A stretch of 64,000 nucleotides of DNA from Candidatus Latescibacterota bacterium (GCA_965248265.1 CBDFJF010000002.1:3296001-3360000), one strand, 5' to 3'. Shown: positions 20,448 through 30,982, counted from the first letter of the stretch. The notes: generated from the sequence alone by a model not told the origin. Numbers and translations: made by a program.

Positions 20448-21785
20448 ATGGATAAAGAGGATCTCAAGAAGAAGGTCTGTGCCCGCATAGACCAGAGCCG
20501 TGAGCAGATCGTCGGTGTCGGCGAGGCTATCATGGATGAGCCCGAGCTCGGCTTCAAAGAGGACAAGACTGCCGCACGGGTCGGGGCCTTCTTTGGCGAA
20601 CTCGGACTGGAGTATCGAGACGGGCTGGCGTTGACCGGAGTCAAGGCGGTATTACCGGGCTCCAAACCGGGTCCGACTGTGGCCTTGATGGGGGAACTCG
20701 ATGCCCTGGTCCTTCCGGACCACCCACGGGCAGACCGCAGCACAGGTGCCGCCCATGCGTGCGGTCACAATGCACAGATAGCTGGGCTGATGGGGGCGGC
20801 CCTCGGGTTGACCGCCGCTAAGGCAGGCAACGACTTAGCGGGGAACGTCGTCTTTTTCGCTATCCCGGCCGAGGAGTACGTCGAGATCGATTACCGAATC
20901 CAGTTGGTCCAGCAGGGCAAGATGACGTTCCTGGGAGGAAAGCCGGAGCTGATCGAGTTGGGATGCTTCGACGATATCGATATGGCCGTGATGATACACA
21001 CTTCCAGCTCTGAGCTGGCAGAAGGCCGTGCCGGAGTGGCGTCATCCTCGAACGGATTCGTGGCCAAGAGCATCCGTTTTGTGGGCAAAGCTGCTCACGC
21101 AGGGGTGGCGCCCGAAAAGGGAGTCAATGCATTGCAGGCAGCCAATCTGGCCCTCGTGGCCATCAACGGTCTGCGCGACACCTTCAAAGACGCGGACACG
21201 GTCCGCGTGCATCCGATCATCACCAAGGGAGGAGATCTGGTGAATATCGTGCCGGCCGAAGTCACCATGGAGACCTACGTGCGAGCACGGACACCGGATG
21301 CCGTGTTGGATGCCGCGTCCAAGGTCGATCGCGCAGTCAAGGGGGCTGCCGTGGCGCTGGGTTGTACTGTTGAAATACAGACCGTCCCGGGGTACATGCC
21401 ACTGGTCAACGACAAGAATCTGAGTCTTCTATTCAAAGACAACTCAGAGCAGTTGATGGGAAAGGGAGAGTTCCGCGAATACCCTCACGGCAGCGGCTCG
21501 ACCGATGCCGGCGATCTGAGTCAGATCATGCCGGTCCTGCACCCATACATGGCCGGAGCCAGCGGTAACGCCCACAGCACGGAATGGCACATCGCCAATC
21601 CAGACAACGGCTACGTCGCTCCGGCCAAGGCACTGGCGATGATGGCCATCGATCTGCTCCACGGCGAGGCCGAGGGTGCCGAACGAGTCCGAAGTGAATT
21701 CACTCCATCGATGACGAAGGCAGACTACCTGGACTGCCAGAAGCAGCTGTTCCAGCGAGTCGTCTTCGACGGAACTCAGGTATAA
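20448..21785 (+). CDS. M20-family amidohydrolase
   Basis: PELGFKE, GELDAL, HACGHNAQ, PAEE, GKAAHAG, GSTDAGD. Confidence 0.92.
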   Translation: MDKEDLKKKVCARIDQSREQIVGVGEAIMDEPELGFKEDKTAARVGAFFGELGLEYRDGLALTGVKAVLPGSKPGPTVALMGELDALVLPDHPRADRSTGAAHACGHNAQIAGLMGAALGLTAAKAGNDLAGNVVFFAIPAEEYVEIDYRIQLVQQGKMTFLGGKPELIELGCFDDIDMAVMIHTSSSELAEGRAGVASSSNGFVAKSIRFVGKAAHAGVAPEKGVNALQAANLALVAINGLRDTFKDADTVRVHPIITKGGDLVNIVPAEVTMETYVRARTPDAVLDAASKVDRAVKGAAVALGCTVEIQTVPGYMPLVNDKNLSLLFKDNSEQLMGKGEFREYPHGSGSTDAGDLSQIMPVLHPYMAGASGNAHSTEWHIANPDNGYVAPAKALAMMAIDLLHGEAEGAERVRSEFTPSMTKADYLDCQKQLFQRVVFDGTQV

Positions 21786-21836
21786 AAAAAAGGGTTCAGC
21801 CCTGTAACCAACTAAACACAGGACCGAACCCTTTTC
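21786..21836. terminator. Likely bidirectional terminator between convergent genes
   Basis: AAAAAAGGGTTC...CCTGT...ACAGG...GAACCCTTTT. Confidence 0.6.
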
Positions 21837-21853
21837 CTTCCCATGACTGAATG

Positions 21854-23263
21854 TTAGTGGAAGACCACCAATTTCAGCTCCGTCATCTCCTCGACGGCGT
21901 ACTTGGGTCCTTCCTTACCCATGCCGCTGTCCTTGACCCCGCCGTAAGGCATGATGTCGGCGCGCCACTGGGTGCCCCAGTTTACGTGTACGTTCCCGGT
22001 ATGAACCTGACGCGCGAACTTCAGCGCCCAGTCGATATCCTGCGTGAAGATCCCGGCACTCAAGCCGTAGTTGGAGTCGTTGGCCATGGCGATGGCAGCG
22101 TCTATGTCATCGAACCGGGTCAGCCCAACTGCTGGTCCAAACACTTCCTCCCTGGACATGCGCATGTCGGGATCGACGTCGGCGACGATGGTAGGCTCGT
22201 GCATGGTGCCGACGCGATCTCCACCGGTGACCAGGCGCGCTCCACCGTCGACGGCTTCGTGGATCCACTCATGGACACGGGCAGCATCGGACTCGCGGAT
22301 CATCGGTCCCATCTTGACTGACTGCTCCAGTGGGTCGCCGGTGTTCAGGGCCTCGATCTTCGGTTTCAACACATCGATGAAGTCCTCATAGACCTCGCCG
22401 TCGACGAGCACGCGCTGGGCGGAAATGCAGACCTGGCCTGCATTGTTGAAGCCGCTGTTTGTCGTTGCTATGGCGACCTTCTCCAGATCGGCATCGGGCA
22501 TCACGATCAACGGCGCGTTGGAACCCAGTTCCATCGTGACTTTTTTCAAGCCCCCTGTTTTGCAGATCTGCTCACCCACGTCCCGGCTGCCGGTGAAGGA
22601 TATCTTGCGCACGCGCGAATCTGCCGATAGGACATCGCCGATGACGGCACCCGAGCCGGTGATACATTGAATTGCTTCGGGAGGCACGCCGGCCTCGAGC
22701 ATGATCTCCGTCACCTTCATCGCCGACAGCGGTGTATCGGTCGCCGGTTTGATGACCACGGAGTTTCCGGCGGCGAGCGCCGGACCCACCTTGTGGCAGA
22801 CCAGGTTCAAGGGGAAGTTGAATGGGGTAATGGCCAACACCACGCCACAGGGAATCCTCAGTGTAAAACCGAACTTGCCGGCCCCGTTCGAGGACCCATC
22901 CAACGGCAGGGTTTCCCCGGTAAGCCGCTTGGCTTCCTCGGCGGAGAGCGTTATCGTTTCCAGGGCGCGCGCTGCTTCCATCACGCCCTCGCCGATCGTC
23001 TTACCTTCTTCAAGCGTGACGATACGGCCCAGTTCCTCCTGACGCTCCGCGATCAAATCAGCTGCCCGGTGTAAAATTTGGTAGCGCTCAAACGCCGGCG
23101 TGGCCGCCATGATTTCGGCGCCGCGTACGGCGGTGGCCAGAGCCCGGTCGACGTCTTCCGCGCTGGCCTTGGGAACCGTGTCAACGACCGAACCATCGAA
23201 CGGATTCAAGACCTCAATCTTTTCGTCCCTGTCCTCCCAGTTACCACAGATGTGCATTTTCAT
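21854..23263 (-). CDS. NAD(P)-dependent aldehyde dehydrogenase
   Basis: ITPFNFP, FTGS, ELGSN, GQVCIS (catalytic Cys), EEVFGP, GGVKDSG. Confidence 0.96.
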   Translation of the reverse strand: MKMHICGNWEDRDEKIEVLNPFDGSVVDTVPKASAEDVDRALATAVRGAEIMAATPAFERYQILHRAADLIAERQEELGRIVTLEEGKTIGEGVMEAARALETITLSAEEAKRLTGETLPLDGSSNGAGKFGFTLRIPCGVVLAITPFNFPLNLVCHKVGPALAAGNSVVIKPATDTPLSAMKVTEIMLEAGVPPEAIQCITGSGAVIGDVLSADSRVRKISFTGSRDVGEQICKTGGLKKVTMELGSNAPLIVMPDADLEKVAIATTNSGFNNAGQVCISAQRVLVDGEVYEDFIDVLKPKIEALNTGDPLEQSVKMGPMIRESDAARVHEWIHEAVDGGARLVTGGDRVGTMHEPTIVADVDPDMRMSREEVFGPAVGLTRFDDIDAAIAMANDSNYGLSAGIFTQDIDWALKFARQVHTGNVHVNWGTQWRADIMPYGGVKDSGMGKEGPKYAVEEMTELKLVVFH

Positions 23264-23386
23264 CGTGACTATCCTCGGTTTTTTTCGTTGTCCAATGCTG
23301 TCGTTGTTATGCCGATTCCGATGGCTCAATCCGATTTGAAATAATCCACGTCCGACCTCAGGGTGTCAAGCCGCTGTGGCTGCCAG

Positions 23387-23860
23387 CTAGAAGTCAATGA
23401 TTCGGGCTTCGAGTGTGTTCTGCGCTGCTGTTATCAGGCTCACCGAACGAGGATTGCTGAAACGCTGACGGCCGGCGCTTGCTGGATTGAGGTACAAAAC
23501 ACGGTCTCTGCGCTCGTGGCACTGTTGGTGGCTGTGACCGAAGATGACCACATCAGGGGCGGGATCTGGCAGGTTCGTGGCCTGGCCATCCTCGGGCAAA
23601 TCCAGAATGTGTGTCATGAACAGGGTGAATCCGGCGGCCACGACCTGAATGGATTCAGGAAGTGAGGCACAGGCGTCCGCCACATCGACGTTGCCCCGGA
23701 CGGCAACGACGGGCGCCACCAGCGACAGGTTCTCAAGGATTTGAGGACCGCCGACATCGCCAGCGTGAAGAATCAAATCCACCCCCGAAAAGAGTTCAGG
23801 GACGTGCTTGTCAAAGAAGCCATGGGTGTCACTGATTACGCCGATGAGCATGGTGGTCAT
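23387..23860 (-). CDS. Metallophosphoesterase (YfcE/MJ0936 family)
   Basis: SDTH, HAGD, RGNVD, GHSH, NP motifs. Confidence 0.92.
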   Translation of the reverse strand: MTTMLIGVISDTHGFFDKHVPELFSGVDLILHAGDVGGPQILENLSLVAPVVAVRGNVDVADACASLPESIQVVAAGFTLFMTHILDLPEDGQATNLPDPAPDVVIFGHSHQQCHERRDRVLYLNPASAGRQRFSNPRSVSLITAAQNTLEARIIDF

Positions 23861-25308
23861 AGTCCGAGTCGGTTCGTCAGCTGGATGGGCTTACCGCTTG
23901 CATCCGTAAGTGGCCGGGGAGGGTCTCGGCGGCCGGTAGCAAGGCTGACACCAATCAATGCTGCCGCCGCGAAGGGTACTGCGACGAGATCACCGGGAAG
24001 TTCCGGTGCAACTGCAAGGCACAATAGCCAGGTGATCAGGCCGACGACGACAGCTGCGAAGGCTCCTGATGCATTGGACCTCGACCACCACAATCCCCCC
24101 GTCAGCGGTACGAACAGGGTGGCCAGCAGTACCGACCATGAGTCGACCATCAGATCGTACACGGCGGGTTGCCGGAGCGCGAGAATCAAGGCGACGGCCC
24201 CGAGTGCGAAAACGGCAAGGCGAGACACCTTGAGAGCTGTGGCCTCGGACGGCGCGGGAAAGAAGTGTCGGTAGATATCCCACCCGAGGACGCTTGCCGG
24301 CGCCAGCAGCGCCGAATCCGCACTGCTGAGAATCGCCGACATCAGTGCACCCGTGAACAGGATGAGCATGGCTACTGGCAGGTATTTCAGTGCCAGCTCC
24401 ATCATCACCATGTCTGGATTGGCCAATTGAGGCAGAACGACGGCCCCGGCCATGCCTAATAGGACAGGTAAGAAACCTACTGTAACATAAAGCAGACCAG
24501 CCAAATAGGCGCTTTTGTATGCGACTTTTTCGTCGCGTCCGGAAAGACTTCGCTGGATCAAATCCTGACCTGCCAGGTTGCCCAGACCGATAACCAGCCA
24601 ATCGCGCGCGTAGCCGAACCAGGCTCCGGCACCTCCACTAGGGATCAAGTCGAAGCGCTCCTGAGGAATACGAGCGGCAATGGATGTCCAGCCCCCGGCA
24701 TCCACCAGCAGGATGGGTGCGATAACGACCATTCCACAAACCAGGACGATAACCTGGATAGCGTCCGTCAACGTCACCGCCCACATGCCGCCGGCGATCG
24801 TGTACAGGATGACGACGGCAGCACCAACGCAGATGGCGGTGACCGCATCAATGCCCGTCAGCGACTGCAGGATACGACCGAAGGCCACCATCAGGCTTGC
24901 CACCCATCCCACGTAAGCCGGTATCGTGCACAGGCTGGCAACCAATCCGGCCCGCGAATCGAAGCGGCTGGTAAAAAATGACGCAATCGTCATCAGTCCC
25001 ATGCGGCGCAAGAGGCGGACATAGAACAGGCCAGCCAGGAATAGACAGAGGGCTGCGCCAAAGGGGTCAGCGATGACGGCGAGCAACCCGCCTCCATAGG
25101 CAGCGCTGGCGGCACCGATGCACAGCCCACCGCCGAACCAGGTAGCTGCTAGCGTGCCCGTGCAAAGCCACAGCGAGAGTCGGCGGCCGGCGACAATGAA
25201 GTCAGCTGATCCTTTTACTCGCCGACTGGCAATCAGTCCAATGGCCAGCGTGATGGCCAGGTAGATTCCGAGCCCTGTCCAGAGCAGGTACTGATTCTCA
25301 ACTGCCAT
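23857..25308 (-). CDS. Sodium:solute symporter (SSS family)
   Basis: DFIVAGR, ATWFGG, YTIAGGMWAVTLTD, QR, SAILSSADS; about 13 TM helices. Confidence 0.93.
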   Translation of the reverse strand: MAVENQYLLWTGLGIYLAITLAIGLIASRRVKGSADFIVAGRRLSLWLCTGTLAATWFGGGLCIGAASAAYGGGLLAVIADPFGAALCLFLAGLFYVRLLRRMGLMTIASFFTSRFDSRAGLVASLCTIPAYVGWVASLMVAFGRILQSLTGIDAVTAICVGAAVVILYTIAGGMWAVTLTDAIQVIVLVCGMVVIAPILLVDAGGWTSIAARIPQERFDLIPSGGAGAWFGYARDWLVIGLGNLAGQDLIQRSLSGRDEKVAYKSAYLAGLLYVTVGFLPVLLGMAGAVVLPQLANPDMVMMELALKYLPVAMLILFTGALMSAILSSADSALLAPASVLGWDIYRHFFPAPSEATALKVSRLAVFALGAVALILALRQPAVYDLMVDSWSVLLATLFVPLTGGLWWSRSNASGAFAAVVVGLITWLLCLAVAPELPGDLVAVPFAAAALIGVSLATGRRDPPRPLTDASGKPIQLTNRLGL

Positions 25309-25624
25309 GTGTCATCGACCTCCGCTCTCATCGGAGTTTGAGAGATACCGTTTGGTTTGCACTTGCGTGAGCCCGCTAGCAGGCGAGGCAGGCGCAAATC
25401 TGGGGTCCGTGGACTGCGGGTGTCAATCTTTTTTGCCGCCGCCTCGCCGGTGAGTGCATCCCAAATTACCTTCTCATGAGAAGGACGGTCAGGACAAGGA
25501 GGCCATAGCTCGATGATCGCGAAGATTGTTGGCAGCGCCCTGCTGGTTTTTCCGGTCCTCAAAAGATCCTGATTTTGGCGATCGCGCTCATGCTGTTGTA
25601 CGAGGGTTTACGAGTCCTCAGGAG

Positions 25625-25957
25625 ATGAAAGAGCACCCGATGGAACGAATGTTCACCGTAGAGACCACCCTCGCCGGAGGGCTGGCGGAATTGTATGCGC
25701 GGGTTCTGGAGGAGTTTGAGACGCGCAGTGAAATCCCCCTCTCTGAGGTTAATCGGACCTTGTTGCAGACTGGGGTCATTCAGCATCTGCTTATGATGCG
25801 AGGGTTGGGATTAATGAATGATGAAAAATCGGCATCTCTAGACAGCTTGATCGAAGAGGTCGCCGGCGACACCATCATGTGGGATCTCATCAAGGTGGCT
25901 GAGCGATTCTGGGAGCAGGCTCAGGGCGGGGGCGGAAGCGTCAATCTCCAGGCTTGA
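25625..25957 (+). CDS. Hypothetical protein
   Basis: About 110 aa helical ORF with GGAG upstream. Confidence 0.65.
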   Translation: MKEHPMERMFTVETTLAGGLAELYARVLEEFETRSEIPLSEVNRTLLQTGVIQHLLMMRGLGLMNDEKSASLDSLIEEVAGDTIMWDLIKVAERFWEQAQGGGGSVNLQA

Positions 25958-26056
25958 TCCAATCCCGCTCTCGAGGCGTGCGTTGGGGAGAGCCGGGTCT
26001 TCGACATCTGTGCTAACAGCTTGTTTATAATGCTCTTTAGACGGATTATTGTACGG

Positions 26057-26085
26057 TTGACACCAGGCAAGAGCAAAGGTATATT
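26057..26085 (+). promoter_or_regulatory. sigma70 promoter for iscU-sod
   Basis: TTGACA-N17-TATATT. Confidence 0.7.
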
Positions 26086-26156
26086 CCAGTCGCCAACCAG
26101 AGGATCTGCCACGCCCACCTTGGTGCAAGGCGATCGTCTATTTCGGAGATTATCCC

Positions 26157-26531
26157 CTGAGTCTGTACAACGATACGGTCCTGGATCACTATCAGAATCC
26201 GCGAAATGTCGGTGCCCTGGAGGACGCGGATGCTGTCGGCATAGCGGAAAATTCCGCGTGTGGGGATGTCCTGCATCTATACCTGCAGATCCGAGATGGT
26301 CACGTTGCGGCGGCGAGCTTCAAAACCTTCGGATGTGCCGCGGCGATCGCTGCCGGGTCGATACTGACAGAACTGGTGAAGGGATGCTCGATTGAAGAGA
26401 TCTGCAAATACACCAAACAAGATGTCGTGGACGCCCTGGGAGGCCTGCCACCCATGAAGATCCATTGTTCAGTCTTGGCCGAAGATGCCATAAAGGCAGC
26501 GGTAGAAGACCTAAATTTACGTTCACGTTAA
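26157..26531 (+). CDS. iscU: Fe-S cluster scaffold IscU/NifU-N, CTG start
   Basis: Manual translation: (M)SLYNDTVLDHYQNPRNVG...SACGDVLHL...FKTFGCAAAIA...LGGLPPMKIHCSVLAEDAIKAA. Three conserved Cys; GGAG 8 nt before the CTG. Confidence 0.93.
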   Translation: MSLYNDTVLDHYQNPRNVGALEDADAVGIAENSACGDVLHLYLQIRDGHVAAASFKTFGCAAAIAAGSILTELVKGCSIEEICKYTKQDVVDALGGLPPMKIHCSVLAEDAIKAAVEDLNLRSR

Positions 26532-26561
26532 CCCATGTTCCATTGAAAGGACGATTCCACC

Positions 26562-27194
26562 ATGTCGTACTCTCTGCCTGATTTACCCTACGGTTACGAT
26601 GCGCTCGAGCCACATATCGATGCTCGTACCATGGAGATCCACCACAGCAAGCATCACAACACCTACATCACCAACGTCAACGGGGCCCTCGAAGGAACCG
26701 ATCTTGCCTCGAAAAGCGTGGAAGACCTCGTCTCCGATCTCGACAGCGTTGACGCGGCCAAGAGAAACGCCGTGCGCAACAATGGCGGTGGTCACGCGAA
26801 CCACAGCCTGTTCTGGACCGTGATGGGTCCGGGCGCTGGAGGCAAACCGGGTGGTGCCCTCGGCAGTGCCATCGACGCCGATTTGGGTGGTTACGACAGT
26901 TTCGTAGAAGCCTTTACCGCCGCGGGCACGACCCGTTTCGGATCGGGTTGGGCCTGGCTTGTGGTCAAGGGTGGCAAACTCGTCGTGGGCAGTACGCCAA
27001 ATCAGGACAATCCGATCATGGGACCGGCTTACGCCGGCGATGAGATCGGTGGGGGAACTCCGGTACTCGGTCTTGATGTATGGGAACACGCCTACTACTT
27101 GAACTACCAGAATCGCCGGCCGGATTATATCGCCGCTTTCTTCAACGTCATCAACTGGGATGCCGTCGCCGCACGCTACGAGGCTGCCAAGTAG
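26562..27194 (+). CDS. sodA: Fe/Mn superoxide dismutase
   Basis: [15 protein letters not shown] (Mn-type signature), [16 protein letters not shown]. Confidence 0.95.
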   Translation: MSYSLPDLPYGYDALEPHIDARTMEIHHSKHHNTYITNVNGALEGTDLASKSVEDLVSDLDSVDAAKRNAVRNNGGGHANHSLFWTVMGPGAGGKPGGALGSAIDADLGGYDSFVEAFTAAGTTRFGSGWAWLVVKGGKLVVGSTPNQDNPIMGPAYAGDEIGGGTPVLGLDVWEHAYYLNYQNRRPDYIAAFFNVINWDAVAARYEAAK

Positions 27195-27310
27195 CCGACA
27201 ACCCACGTTCACGAGTCAGGGGTGGGGCAATCTCACAACGGTAGGGATTGGCCCCAACCTCGGACTTGCGTCCGACTTTTCGCCGTAGCGGGTCCAACCG
27301 CTTCCCGATT

Positions 27311-28675
27311 ATGACAACCTCGTCTGATCCGATCCTTCAGTGTGCCACGGCAGCCATGTCTGCGGACGATCATCGCATCCTTCGCGATGATGAGTTCTGG
27401 CGATGCATCCCCGCGTATGCAAGTCTGAAGGCAAGCGAGTTCAACGATCACAGGTTCCAGAGTCGCAACTGCGTCACGAGTGTGCGCAAACTCAAGGAGG
27501 TGCTCGGACACCTCGCATCGGACGCCTTTCTGGAAGATGTTGAGCGGGGCGTGCAGCATTCGACGATGAGTCTGCGTATTTCTCCATACATCCTGAGTCT
27601 CATCGACTGGGAAGCTCCGGATGAAGATCCGCTGCGGATTCAGTTCTTGCCGCAGTTCTCGCGCTTCGAGGCGGATCACCCGGAGTTGGGCATGGACTCG
27701 CTCAACGAGCAGGAGGATTCCTCCGTTCCCGGTCTGACCCACCGCTACTCCGATCGCGCCCTGTTCCTCGCTCTCGACTCTTGTCCCGTGTACTGCCGAT
27801 TCTGCACGCGTTCGTACGCCGTGGGGCTCAACACGGATGGCGTCGAGAAACTTCATTTCGGTGTTCACGCGGAGCGTTGGGAGAAGGTGTTCGACTACGT
27901 CGCCGAACATGAAGAAATCGAAGATATCGTGATCAGCGGTGGCGACATGTACAACCTAAAGCCAGAGCACATTGAGTTGATCGGCATGAGGTTTCTGCGC
28001 ATGGATCACGTTCGCCGGCTTCGCTATGCCACCAAAGGGCCGGCCGTGATGCCACAGAAGCTGATCACCGATGAAGCCTGGCTACAGGCGTTGACGGATG
28101 TTGTGGAAGCCAGCCGGCGTCTTCACAAGGAAGTCGCCGTACATACCCACTTCAACCATCCCAACGAAATCACCGACACAACTCGGCTGGCCATGGACAG
28201 GCTGGTAGAGCGCGGAATCGTGGTGCGCAATCAGGCCGTGCTGCAGCGACGGGTCAATGATACCGTTCAAACCATGCAGTTGTTGATCAAGCGGCTCAGC
28301 TACGTCAACGTGCATCCGTATTACGTTTTCGTTCACGATCTGGTAAAGGGTGTAGAGGAGCTGAGGACGACGCTACACTCGGCGATCGATCTCGAGAAAC
28401 GCGTGCGAGGCATCACTGCCGGTTTCAACATTCCGGCTTTCGTCGTCGATACGATGGGGGGCGGTGGCAAGCGGCTCGTGCATTCATTCGAGCAGTACAA
28501 CCGGGCAACCGGGATTGCCGTTTTCAGCAGCCCCGCGGTGCGTCCTGGCCAGTATTTCCTTTTTTTCGACCCCACACATCAACTGGCGCCCGATGTCAGA
28601 AGGGCTTGGCGTGATCCCTCTCAACGCCAGCGCATGATATCGGAAGCAGTCGAGTGTATGGCGGGGGCGGAGTGA
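27311..28675 (+). CDS. KamA-family radical SAM aminomutase (lysine 2,3-aminomutase-like)
   Basis: DPLRIQF, GLTHRY, CPVYCRFCTR, ISGGD, THFNHPNE, NQAVL, VDTMGGGGK (PLP Lys). Confidence 0.92.
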   Translation: MTTSSDPILQCATAAMSADDHRILRDDEFWRCIPAYASLKASEFNDHRFQSRNCVTSVRKLKEVLGHLASDAFLEDVERGVQHSTMSLRISPYILSLIDWEAPDEDPLRIQFLPQFSRFEADHPELGMDSLNEQEDSSVPGLTHRYSDRALFLALDSCPVYCRFCTRSYAVGLNTDGVEKLHFGVHAERWEKVFDYVAEHEEIEDIVISGGDMYNLKPEHIELIGMRFLRMDHVRRLRYATKGPAVMPQKLITDEAWLQALTDVVEASRRLHKEVAVHTHFNHPNEITDTTRLAMDRLVERGIVVRNQAVLQRRVNDTVQTMQLLIKRLSYVNVHPYYVFVHDLVKGVEELRTTLHSAIDLEKRVRGITAGFNIPAFVVDTMGGGGKRLVHSFEQYNRATGIAVFSSPAVRPGQYFLFFDPTHQLAPDVRRAWRDPSQRQRMISEAVECMAGAE

Positions 28676-28792
28676 GTTCGGGCGTGGTTGACAAAGCAAG
28701 GATATATTTGCAGTCGAAGACCCAAGCGGGACATGTACAGGTATAGGGAAGAGTTCAGTTGATTCAATCTGACACAAACTTTGAGGCAACCC

Positions 28793-30499
28793 ATGTTGGA
28801 TTTCACGTTTACGGTTATCCAGGGGTTAGAGGTCTGGTTAGCGGGGCTTTACGGGTTGGCCCTCCTTCTGGTAGGTGCTGGAATCGGATTTTCAGTCAGT
28901 TTTTACTTGAAGAAGGGTCACCAAGCTCAGCTCGAAGCGGACGCTGAAGAACGAGCGGCCAGACGCCTGGCTGAAGAGGAGCGCACCCAACGCGTCGCTT
29001 TTCTGGAAGAGAAGGACCATTGGTACAAGCTCAAGATCGAGCAGGAAAAGGAGATAGAGGGCGAGCTAGGCAAGCTGGGCGCCCGAGACAAGGAAGCCGC
29101 TAAGCGCCATCGGGAGTTGAGTGGCCAACAGGAGGAAGTGCGCAAGGACCTGATTCGCCTGAAGAATCAGGAGGCGCGACTGGCCGCTCGCGAACGGACC
29201 AGCCAGGAAACCGAGGTAGCGCTCGGGGCGGCCAAAGAGCAATACCGCGAGAAGTTGGAGCTGGCGGCCAGCTTGACTGCAGAAGAGGCGAAAGAACACC
29301 TGTTCGAGCTGTTGGCTTCGGAGACGAAAGCCCGCTACGCCGCGATCATCCGGATGGAGCGCACCCGCGCTCAAGAGGAGGCTGATCGTGAGGCCAAGAA
29401 AATCATCGCTCAAGCCATCAATCGCTGTGCGGTCGAAGAGGCAGAGCACTCCTCAACGGCCACGGTAACGCTTCCGAACGAAGGCCTGAAGAGTCGAATC
29501 ATCGGCAAGGAGGGTCGCAACGTTCGGACCTTCGAAGCCGCCACTGGCGTAAGGGTTGTCGTCGACGATACCCCTGACACCGTGCTGCTGTCTTGCTTTG
29601 ACCCCATCAAACGTCAAGTGGCGGCGTTGGCCATGGAGCGGCTCGTCAAGGACGGCGGGTTCACCCCCAATCACATCGAAGATGTGGTCGTAGAGTCGCA
29701 GAAAACCCTCGACAAGGAAATTGAGGAGGCAGGCCGCAAGGCGTTGAACGAAATCGGCGCGAAGGATGTCCACGCGGACCTACCAAAGACGATTGGCCGC
29801 CTGAAGTACCGTACCAGCTACGGGCAGAACCAGCTGCAACACTGCCTTGAGGTCGCGGAGTTGAGCGGTCTAATGGCTACCGAGATCGGACTCGATGCTC
29901 GCCTCGCGCGCAGAGCCGGGCTCCTCCATGATATCGGCAAGACAGTAAGCAGGGAACTGGAGGGCACTCACATTGATCTCGGTGTCGAGATGGCAGACCG
30001 CTTCGGTGAGCATGCCGTAATCAAGGAAGTGATCGCTGAACACCACGAGGATCACGCTCGTCTCGATCCGATCTGTTTCCTCGTCAAGGCAGCGGATTCG
30101 ATTTCGTCGATTCGCCCCGGAGGCAGACGCGAAGACCTGGAAGGGTATGCGCGTCGTATAGTCAAGCTGGAGGAAATTGCCACCTCGTTCGAGGGGGTGA
30201 AGGACGTCTATGCCATCAATGCAGGCAGAGAGCTGCGAGTGATGGTGAGGGGGGACCGCATCGGTGATGACGATGCCGAAATCTTGGCTTTCGATATCGC
30301 CAAGCGTGTCAGCGACGAACTCACCTTTGCCGGTGAGGTTAAGGTCATGGTCGTGCGCGAGACTCGATCCACGCGGTACACCGGAAAATCGAAGAATCGC
30401 AGGGGCGGAAACAACAACACTCGCCCCTCAAATCGACGCGGTTCATCACGCCGTTCGCGCAACGGTGGCGTGCAGAGCAAAACCCCGTCGCGTCGCTGA
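28793..30499 (+). CDS. rny: Ribonuclease Y
   Basis: N-terminal TM, coiled coil, KH domain RIIGKEGRN, RTSYGQN, HD domain LLHDIGK, AGRELRV. Confidence 0.95.
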   Translation: MLDFTFTVIQGLEVWLAGLYGLALLLVGAGIGFSVSFYLKKGHQAQLEADAEERAARRLAEEERTQRVAFLEEKDHWYKLKIEQEKEIEGELGKLGARDKEAAKRHRELSGQQEEVRKDLIRLKNQEARLAARERTSQETEVALGAAKEQYREKLELAASLTAEEAKEHLFELLASETKARYAAIIRMERTRAQEEADREAKKIIAQAINRCAVEEAEHSSTATVTLPNEGLKSRIIGKEGRNVRTFEAATGVRVVVDDTPDTVLLSCFDPIKRQVAALAMERLVKDGGFTPNHIEDVVVESQKTLDKEIEEAGRKALNEIGAKDVHADLPKTIGRLKYRTSYGQNQLQHCLEVAELSGLMATEIGLDARLARRAGLLHDIGKTVSRELEGTHIDLGVEMADRFGEHAVIKEVIAEHHEDHARLDPICFLVKAADSISSIRPGGRREDLEGYARRIVKLEEIATSFEGVKDVYAINAGRELRVMVRGDRIGDDDAEILAFDIAKRVSDELTFAGEVKVMVVRETRSTRYTGKSKNRRGGNNNTRPSNRRGSSRRSRNGGVQSKTPSRR

Positions 30500-30933
30500 T
30501 GCAACGATCATTGTCCTCGGGTTACCTTCGAAGTCTCATCGGCACGGTGATCCACGTATTCGCTTACGGTTTGCGGCGCAACCGGTCTGTGGTGTTGCCT
30601 CCTGACCGTGGCGGCCAGGCTCTGATCGGCGTGCCACGCTTGACTCGCAATCAGCAGGGCGCCATTCGCTGTGTGGCCTGTTCATTGTGCGAGGCAGCGT
30701 GTCCTTCGCATTGCATCGATCTTGAGGCCGGCTGGAGCAAGGATGGTGGGAGAGATCGAGTGCCCGTTCGTTTCGACCTGGACCTGGGACGCTGCGTTTT
30801 GTGCGGCCACTGTGTCGAGGCCTGTCCGCATGAAGCCATTGAGATGGTTCGGGGGGGAGCCTTGCCCGTCGCCCACGTGGCTGAGCAACTCTTGATCGAC
30901 AAAGAGGCACTGCTGGAGGGCCAACCTTCCTGA
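30499..30933 (+). CDS. NuoI-like 2x[4Fe-4S] dicluster protein
   Basis: RCVACSLCEAACP and RCVLCGHCVEACP. Confidence 0.85.
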   Translation: MQRSLSSGYLRSLIGTVIHVFAYGLRRNRSVVLPPDRGGQALIGVPRLTRNQQGAIRCVACSLCEAACPSHCIDLEAGWSKDGGRDRVPVRFDLDLGRCVLCGHCVEACPHEAIEMVRGGALPVAHVAEQLLIDKEALLEGQPS

Positions 30934-30982
30934 TTGCCCTCAAGATCTCGATGCATAACTCCAAGCATGGCTGTTGACGAAG

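Noticed and set aside
25309-25430. Riboswitch upstream of the SSS transporter
   Set aside because: No TPP, SAM, glycine or lysine consensus elements recognised
25513-25628. Possible small hydrophobic peptide after an AGGAGG RBS
   Set aside because: The frame stops after 19 codons and a longer product would need a frameshift; support is insufficient
26021-26395. Track ORF of 124 aa upstream of sod
   Set aside because: Wrong frame; the real gene is the CTG-start iscU
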